A stretch of 40,314 nt of DNA from an uncultured Bacilli bacterium (GTDB taxonomy: Bacteria; Bacillota_I; Bacilli_A; RF39; UBA660): NCBI GenBank assembly GCA_947624845.1, contig CANQMB010000002.1, positions 1 to 40,314 of the forward strand. Reading direction: 5' to 3'. The first letter of the stretch is position 1. Each line of letters opens with the position of its first letter. Of this stretch, positions 35,540 to 40,314 are shown in pieces. Under the pieces are notes generated by a model that was given only the letters and a program-made list of their open reading frames with translations, did not search any database and was not told where the DNA came from. Both the position numbers and the translations under genes were made by a program.

Positions 35540-36334
35540 ATGGGTGAAAAGTTTCATTTTAAAAAGAAGTATGGGCAAAATTTTTTAAAAAATGAGCAGA
35601 TATTAGATTCTATAGTAAAAAAATCTGAAATTCAAGAGAATGCTTTAGTAATTGAAGTAGGTCCAGGGCAGGGGGCACTTACCAAAAAATTGGCCTCTGT
35701 TGCGAAGAAGGTAATTTGTTATGAAATTGATCTAGAATTAAAAGAAAGCTTAACAGAAAATTTAAAAGAATATGAGAATGTTTCTATATTTTATGAAGAT
35801 TTTCTTCGTGCAGATATTTTAAGTGATATTGTAGAAGAATACGATCATATTTATTTTATTAGTAATGTTCCTTATTATATTACAACTCCTATTATTATGA
35901 AACTTACGGATTTAAATCTTTCTTTTGATAAAATTGTTATGATGGTTCAAAAAGAGGTGGGAACCCGGTTTTGTAGTAAAGAGGGAAGTAGAGATTATGG
36001 TTTTATTTCAGTTTATTTAAATTATTTTTATGATACAAAAAAAATATTAGATGTCAGTAGAAAAAATTTTATTCCAGAACCCAATGTGGATAGCGTCGTT
36101 CTTTCGCTAACACCCAAAAAGGAGAAATTAAAAGTATTTGATTTTGACTTTTTTGTTAAGTTAGTTCACGATAGTTTTCAATTTAAAAGAAAGACGATAA
36201 AAAATAATTTAAAAAATTATGATTTAAAAAAAGTAGAACAAGTACTTTCTAAATATCATTATGATTTAAATGTTCGAGCTGAAAGCTTATCTGTAGAAAT
36301 TTTTGTTGAAATTAGTAATACTTTATCAAAATAA
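35540..36334 (+). CDS. rsmA: 16S rRNA (adenine1518/1519-N6)-dimethyltransferase RsmA/KsgA
   Basis: KKKYGQNFL and VIEVGPGQGALT SAM loop, plus SNVPYYITTPI. Confidence 0.93.
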   Translation: MGEKFHFKKKYGQNFLKNEQILDSIVKKSEIQENALVIEVGPGQGALTKKLASVAKKVICYEIDLELKESLTENLKEYENVSIFYEDFLRADILSDIVEEYDHIYFISNVPYYITTPIIMKLTDLNLSFDKIVMMVQKEVGTRFCSKEGSRDYGFISVYLNYFYDTKKILDVSRKNFIPEPNVDSVVLSLTPKKEKLKVFDFDFFVKLVHDSFQFKRKTIKNNLKNYDLKKVEQVLSKYHYDLNVRAESLSVEIFVEISNTLSK

Positions 36335-36405
36335 GTGTCTAATTTCTTAATTCTTGGCATAAACTTAGGTGGAGATGATGCCAATGATGTATGGAGGAAG
36401 TCCAT

Positions 36406-36624
36406 ATGACAATTGAAAAAGTGAAAGAAATGGTCAGCAGAAATACGAATCAACCATTAAAATTTAAATTTAATGGGAGTAGAAATCAAGTAGAAGAATT
36501 TTCTGGAAAAATCGTAGAAGCTTACCCTGCTGTTTTTATTGTCGAGGTGTTGGATGCAACAAATCGTCGTAAATCATTTACTTATAGCGATATTTTAACT
36601 TCCAGTTTAGAAATTATCGAATAA
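36406..36624 (+). CDS. veg: Veg protein (72 aa)
   Basis: Parallels B. subtilis Veg (L.LKANGGRRK..ER.G.L.ETYPSVFVI....SYSYADILT) with LKFKFNGSRNQVEEFSGKIVEAYPAVFIVEV...SFTYSDILT. GGAGG lies 8 nt before ATG 36406. Confidence 0.85.
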   Translation: MTIEKVKEMVSRNTNQPLKFKFNGSRNQVEEFSGKIVEAYPAVFIVEVLDATNRRKSFTYSDILTSSLEIIE

Positions 36625-36659
36625 ATATTTGTTGTCTTTTTAAATCTTTTTGAAAATAG

Positions 36660-36688
36660 TTGCATTTTGTAAACTCTTATTATACAAT
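36660..36688 (+). promoter_or_regulatory. sigma-A-like promoter upstream of spoVG
   Basis: -35 TTGCAT (36660-36665), 17-nt spacer, -10 TACAAT (36683-36688). Confidence 0.5.
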
Positions 36689-36728
36689 AGTCTTATAAAG
36701 TTATAGACTTTAAGAGGGAGGAATACAT

Positions 36729-37007
36729 ATGAAGATTACATCTGTCAATGTACGCAAAATCGAAAAAGAAGGATCACGCATGAAAGGAATTGCTTCTGTC
36801 CTATTAGATGACAGTTTCGCAGTTCATGATATTCGCATTATTGAAGGTGACAATGGCCTATTTATTGCAATGCCTAGTCGTAAAACAGCTACTGGATCTT
36901 ATCGTGATATTGCACATCCGATTAATCCAGAAGTACGTGCTATGTTCGAAGATGCTATTATCGAAGCATATAATAATGCCGATGATGTAGAAGAAGCAAG
37001 TGAATAA
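36729..37007 (+). CDS. spoVG: septation/sporulation protein SpoVG
   Basis: [12 protein letters not shown]...[34 protein letters not shown] is near-invariant SpoVG sequence. Confidence 0.96.
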   Translation: MKITSVNVRKIEKEGSRMKGIASVLLDDSFAVHDIRIIEGDNGLFIAMPSRKTATGSYRDIAHPINPEVRAMFEDAIIEAYNNADDVEEASE

Positions 37008-37012
37008 TAAAG

Positions 37013-37036
37013 ATACGGAAATCCGTATTTTTTTTG
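37013..37036 (+). terminator. intrinsic terminator after spoVG
   Basis: ATACGG (37013-37018) pairs with CCGTAT (37023-37028), followed by 8 T. Confidence 0.7.
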
Positions 37037-37102
37037 AGTTAAAAAATTAGAAAAAAGGTATATTTTTCTAATTTTTTCATATATTTTTTTAAGGAGGAAC
37101 CC

Positions 37103-37393
37103 ATGGAAAAAGAAACACATATAAATAATTATAATCATAGCATCAATTTAACAGAGAGAAAAAATTTAATGATTTCTGGAGTAAAAAAAATTGATAATTT
37201 CGATAATGAACAATTTTTAATGGATACGGTAATGGGTTTTTTACTAGTCAAAGGAGAAGGTTTAGAACTCATTAAATTAGATACTTTGCAAGGAAGCGTA
37301 ATTATTAAAGGAATTATTCATAGTATGAATTATTTAGAAGAAAAGACAGGAAAAAATAAAGAAAATACTATTTTTAATCGCCTATTTAAATAA
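37103..37393 (+). CDS. yabP: sporulation protein YabP
   Basis: LMISGVKKIDNFDNEQFLMDTVMGFLLVKGEGLEL parallels B. subtilis YabP (ISGVKEVESFDNEEFLLETVMG). SD AAGGAGGA. Confidence 0.85.
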   Translation: MEKETHINNYNHSINLTERKNLMISGVKKIDNFDNEQFLMDTVMGFLLVKGEGLELIKLDTLQGSVIIKGIIHSMNYLEEKTGKNKENTIFNRLFK

Positions 37394-37701
37394 TGAATTT
37401 ACAAATACAAATTTTTTGTTTTATTTTTTCTTTCCTCTTTGGCGTTCTTTTTGCTATTTTAGTAAATTTTCATTACCCTTTATTGTTTTCTAAAAAGAAA
37501 TGGTTTCGAATTATCATGAACTTTATTTTTGTGATTGATATGGCCTTATTTTATTTTTTAGTTTTAAAAATGATAAATGGTGGAATTGTTCATTTTTATT
37601 TCTATCTTCTGATTTTACTGGGCTTTTTCTGCAGTTATTCGAAGACGAAGAAGATGAGAGATATTCTTAGAAATTTGACAAAAAAGAAAAAAGTGTTATA
37701 A
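37393..37701 (+). CDS. yabQ: spore cortex biosynthesis protein YabQ-like membrane protein
   Basis: Three hydrophobic helices and a TAATG overlap with yabP. The call rests on the conserved yabP-yabQ pairing. Confidence 0.65.
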   Translation: MNLQIQIFCFIFSFLFGVLFAILVNFHYPLLFSKKKWFRIIMNFIFVIDMALFYFLVLKMINGGIVHFYFYLLILLGFFCSYSKTKKMRDILRNLTKKKKVL

Positions 37702-37739
37702 TTTTTTTATCGACTTTGAATGAGAAAAGTACTATTTGA

Positions 37740-37978
37740 ATTTATTTTAGCGAGTTGGAATTTGGTGAAAGTCCAATAATAAACAAATAGGAAAGAACAC
37801 TCAGGAGTTGCTTACCGAACGATTTCTAGTAGGCTAAGCCGGACGGCAGTTCGTTATAAAATGCTAGATTTGATAGAATCGAAAAAGTGATCATAGAAAA
37901 TAAAAGTTTATGATAAATTGGGTGGTACCGCGGAATGCTAGTTTTCGTCCCTTATTGAGGATGAGACTAGCGTTTTTA
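37740..37978 (+). promoter_or_regulatory. T-box riboswitch leader, Asn specifier, with canonical terminator
   Basis: Stem I AGCGAG...GGUGAAAG. Specifier AAC followed by A at 37796-37799. T-box GGUGGUACCGCG at 37921-37932. Terminator GCUAGU (37937-37942) pairs with ACUAGC (37966-37971), followed by UUUUU. Confidence 0.8.
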
Positions 37979-37997
37979 TTTGAAGGGAGAGATTATT

Positions 37998-39581
37998 ATG
38001 TGTGGCTTTATGGTCATGACAAAAAAAGAAATTAGCAAAGAAGAGTTTGCAAAGCATTTTGCAAAAATGAAATACCGTGGTCCAGACGAGACGAGAATTC
38101 TTGAAGGAGATTATTTTTTTGGATTTCATCGACTTGCCATTATGGGACTTACTGAGGAAGGGATGCAACCATTTGAGAGAGATCAAAATATTTTAGTATG
38201 TAATGGTGAAATTTATGGATTCCGTAAAGAAAAAGCGAAATTAGAAAAAGAGGGTTATCAATTTAAAAGTGATAGTGATTGTGAAATTTTACTTCCTATG
38301 TATGAAAAATATAAGGAAAAGATGTTTCAAAAGTTAGATAGTGAATTTGCCCTCGTTTTATATGATGCCAAAAAAAAGAGTTTTATTGCTGCAAGAGATC
38401 CTATTGGGATTCGTCCGATGTTTTATGGATATTCTAAAAAGAGTGGTTCTATTCTTTTTGCTAGTGAAGCAAAAGTATTGATTGATCTATGTTCCTCTGT
38501 TTATCCATTTCCACCTGGGCATTATTATCAAGACGGAAAGTTTATTTGTTATCATGATGCTAGAAAATCTAAATCAAAGAGAGACGATTCTCTAGATATT
38601 ATTTGTGATAAAATTAACGAAAAGTTAACGAATGCGGTTATTAAGAGGTTAGATTCTGATGCCCCTGTAGGATTTTTACTTTCTGGTGGACTAGATTCTT
38701 CCTTAGTATGCAGTATTGCAGCTTCTTATTTAGAAAAACCAATTCAAACTTTTGCGATTGGGATGGATAAAGATGCAATTGATTTAAAATATGCTCGAAT
38801 GGTAGCGGATCATATTCATAGCAATCATACTGAAGTGATTATGGCGAGCAAGGAAGTCATCGAGGCATTGAAAGAAGTTATATATCATTTGGAAACTTGG
38901 GATATTACGACCATTCGTGCTTCTATTGGTATGTATCTACTTTGCAAATGGATTTCTAAAAATACGGATATTCGAGTTTTATTGACTGGAGAAGTAAGTG
39001 ATGAATTATTTGGATATAAATATACGGATTTCGCTCCTAATGCTCTCTCTTTTCAAAAAGAGAGTGAAAAAAGAATTCATGAACTCTACATGTATGATGT
39101 TCTAAGAGCAGATCGTTGTATTTCTGGATGTTCTATTGAAGCTCGTGTTCCTTTTGCAGATTTAGAGTTTGTTGATTATGTTATGGGAATTGATCCTGCC
39201 AAAAAAATGAATACTTATGGGCAAGGAAAATATTTATTACGAAGAGCTTTCAGTAAAAAAGATTATTTACCAAAGACAATTTTATATCGTGAAAAAGCTG
39301 CTTTTTCAGATGCCGTAGGACATTCTATGGTCGATTATTTGAAAGAGTATGCCGAGAAAAAATATAGTGACGAGCAATTTCAAGAGAAATGTAAAAAATA
39401 TTCAAAACATACACCATTTACGAAAGAATCTTTATTGTATCGTGAAATTTTTGAGGAGTTTTTTCCTGGGCAGAGTGAATTGATTGCAGATTTTTGGATG
39501 CCAAATAAAAATTGGAAAGGATGCCAGGTAGATGATCCAAGCGCAAGAGTCTTATCAAACTATGGTGACAGTGGAAAATAA
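37998..39581 (+). CDS. asnB: asparagine synthetase (glutamine-hydrolysing)
   Basis: Ntn nucleophile MCG at ATG 37998 (SD GAAGGGAGAG) and PP-loop LSGGLDSS. 527 aa. The track start TTG 37980 would bury the catalytic Cys. Confidence 0.93.
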   Translation: MCGFMVMTKKEISKEEFAKHFAKMKYRGPDETRILEGDYFFGFHRLAIMGLTEEGMQPFERDQNILVCNGEIYGFRKEKAKLEKEGYQFKSDSDCEILLPMYEKYKEKMFQKLDSEFALVLYDAKKKSFIAARDPIGIRPMFYGYSKKSGSILFASEAKVLIDLCSSVYPFPPGHYYQDGKFICYHDARKSKSKRDDSLDIICDKINEKLTNAVIKRLDSDAPVGFLLSGGLDSSLVCSIAASYLEKPIQTFAIGMDKDAIDLKYARMVADHIHSNHTEVIMASKEVIEALKEVIYHLETWDITTIRASIGMYLLCKWISKNTDIRVLLTGEVSDELFGYKYTDFAPNALSFQKESEKRIHELYMYDVLRADRCISGCSIEARVPFADLEFVDYVMGIDPAKKMNTYGQGKYLLRRAFSKKDYLPKTILYREKAAFSDAVGHSMVDYLKEYAEKKYSDEQFQEKCKKYSKHTPFTKESLLYREIFEEFFPGQSELIADFWMPNKNWKGCQVDDPSARVLSNYGDSGK

Positions 39582-39616
39582 GTTGTAAAATGTTTGTCAA
39601 TGTCTAGTTATTTTTC

Positions 39617-39645
39617 TTGCACTTCTTATTGACATATTCTATAAT
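39617..39645 (+). promoter_or_regulatory. sigma-A promoter upstream of divIC
   Basis: -35 TTGCAC (39617-39622), 17-nt spacer, consensus -10 TATAAT (39640-39645). Confidence 0.55.
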
Positions 39646-39670
39646 TTATAGTAGATAGGAAGGTGGTAAA

Positions 39671-39964
39671 GTGGCTAGAAGAAAAAAAAGCAAAAAAACA
39701 AAACGTCGTCTTTTGTTTTTAGGCTTTACATCTGTTTTAATTATTATGATTACCACAATTTCTATTGGACATTATTGGGTTGAAATATTTGCTAAGTATC
39801 AAGAAAAAAAACAATTAGAAAAAAAATTAGTAAAAATGAAAGAAAAAGAAGAAGCATTGAAAGTGGATGCAGATAAATTACAAGATCCAGATTATATTGC
39901 TCGTTATGCAAGAGAAAAATATTTGTATTCAAAAGATGGAGAATTTATATTAAAAATTCCATAA
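39671..39964 (+). CDS. divIC: septum formation initiator DivIC/FtsB family
   Basis: Basic N-tail, one TM helix, a coiled coil, and DPDYIARYAREKYLYSKDGEFI. GTG start behind AGGAAGGTGG. Confidence 0.78.
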   Translation: MARRKKSKKTKRRLLFLGFTSVLIIMITTISIGHYWVEIFAKYQEKKQLEKKLVKMKEKEEALKVDADKLQDPDYIARYAREKYLYSKDGEFILKIP

Positions 39965-39965
39965 A

Positions 39966-39989
39966 ATGATCGAAAAGATCATTTTTTTG
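39966..39989 (+). terminator. intrinsic terminator after divIC
   Basis: ATGATC (39966-39971) pairs with GATCAT (39977-39982), followed by 7 T. Confidence 0.7.
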
Positions 39990-40006
39990 TTTCAAAAAAA
40001 GGAGGT

Positions 40007-40028
40007 CATAAAGGTAGATACTTTATGG
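40007..40028. repeat. left 22-bp inverted repeat of a candidate invertible element
   Basis: CATAAAGGTAGATACTTTATGG is the exact reverse complement of 40255-40276. Confidence 0.9.
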
Positions 40029-40184
40029 TTTTTTTTAGTGATACGAAGATATAGTAAGGATTTTTAATTTTTTGACTAGAAATTTGACTAATTTTTTTGA
40101 TTGTCGAATTTTATTAGACGAATTATTTTTGAATAAAATTAGACTAGTTTTTGACTGATAATAGCAAAGAATTTGGAAGATTTA

Positions 40185-40213
40185 TTGATAAAAATAGGGA
40201 ATTATTGTATATT
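40185..40213 (+). promoter_or_regulatory. sigma-A-like promoter inside the IR-bounded segment, pointing right
   Basis: -35 TTGATA (40185-40190), 17-nt spacer, -10 TATATT (40208-40213) preceded by TG. Confidence 0.45.
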
Positions 40214-40254
40214 AATAAATAGAAAAGATAAAAATAACACTTATAAATTCGAGG

Positions 40255-40276
40255 CCATAAAGTATCTACCTTTATG
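40255..40276. repeat. right 22-bp inverted repeat of a candidate invertible element
   Basis: CCATAAAGTATCTACCTTTATG is the exact reverse complement of 40007-40028. Confidence 0.9.
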
Positions 40277-40295
40277 GCAAGAGGAAAAAAGGAAA

Positions 40296-40314
40296 ATGAA
40301 GAAGATATGGTATG
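40296..40314 (+). CDS. 5' end of an unidentified ORF truncated by the window edge (MKKIWY...)
   Basis: ATG 40296 follows a purine-rich GAGGAAAAAAGGAAA. An alternative start, ATG 40274 inside the right IR (MARGKKENEEDMV...), is open in another frame. I cannot decide between them from 19-41 nt. Confidence 0.3.

Noticed and set aside
36375-36416. Met-rich micro-ORF MMPMMYGGSPYDN upstream of and overlapping veg
   Set aside because: The only SD (AGGTGGAG, 36367-36374) abuts the first ATG with zero spacing. The ORF is more simply explained as the veg 5' UTR, and the GGAGG at 36393-36397 serves ATG 36406.
37046-37080. Second hairpin TTAGAAAAA...TTTTTCTAA between spoVG and yabP as a riboswitch or sRNA
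   Set aside because: It is a pure A/T stem with no conserved motif. It is probably part of the spoVG terminator region or yabP promoter context, and there is not enough evidence to annotate it.
1-40314. Search for tRNA, rRNA, CRISPR arrays, IS elements, integrases, toxin-antitoxin pairs and known defence-system genes
   Set aside because: I found no cloverleaf-like GC-rich segments, no regularly spaced direct repeats, and no transposase, integrase, nuclease or ATPase ORFs outside the housekeeping set. All long ORFs are accounted for, and none of these features are reported.

Overview
This window is the replication-origin region of a strongly AT-rich, endospore-forming, low-GC Firmicute (about 30% G+C by eye, not computed). 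Gene order resembles Bacillus and Erysipelotrichia. On the minus strand lie a hypothetical gene, rsmG, mnmG, mnmE, jag, yidC, rnpA and rpmH. A bipartite oriC follows, with DnaA-box clusters on both sides of dnaA. The plus strand then carries dnaA, dnaN, a ComK homolog, recF, gyrB, gyrA, a miniature SRP RNA, tadA, dnaX, ybaB, recR, bofA, holB, yaaT, a methyltransferase, rsmI, pth, mfd, spoVT, a Met T-box with metG, tatD, a 3D-domain protein, rsmA, veg, spoVG, yabP, yabQ, an Asn T-box with asnB, and divIC. I saw no tRNA, rRNA, CRISPR array, transposase or integrase.

Four things stand out.
1. A six-gene accessory cluster (31.3-35.5 kb) sits inside the conserved tatD/yabE...ksgA string. It encodes three paralogous TasA/camelysin-like proteins, a SipW-type signal peptidase with a long Lys-rich tail, and two unknown membrane proteins. 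I read it as a divergent SipW-dependent extracellular fibre or matrix system.
2. A 48-bp perfect inverted repeat, built from two GC-cored palindromes, brackets the ffs-tadA cassette.
3. A third copy of one of those palindromes lies in-frame inside dnaX.
4. At the right edge, 22-bp perfect inverted repeats flank a 226-bp AT-rich segment that carries an outward promoter. This is a candidate invertible, phase-variable switch.

All calls come from reading the sequence and the translated ORFs. No database searches were run.
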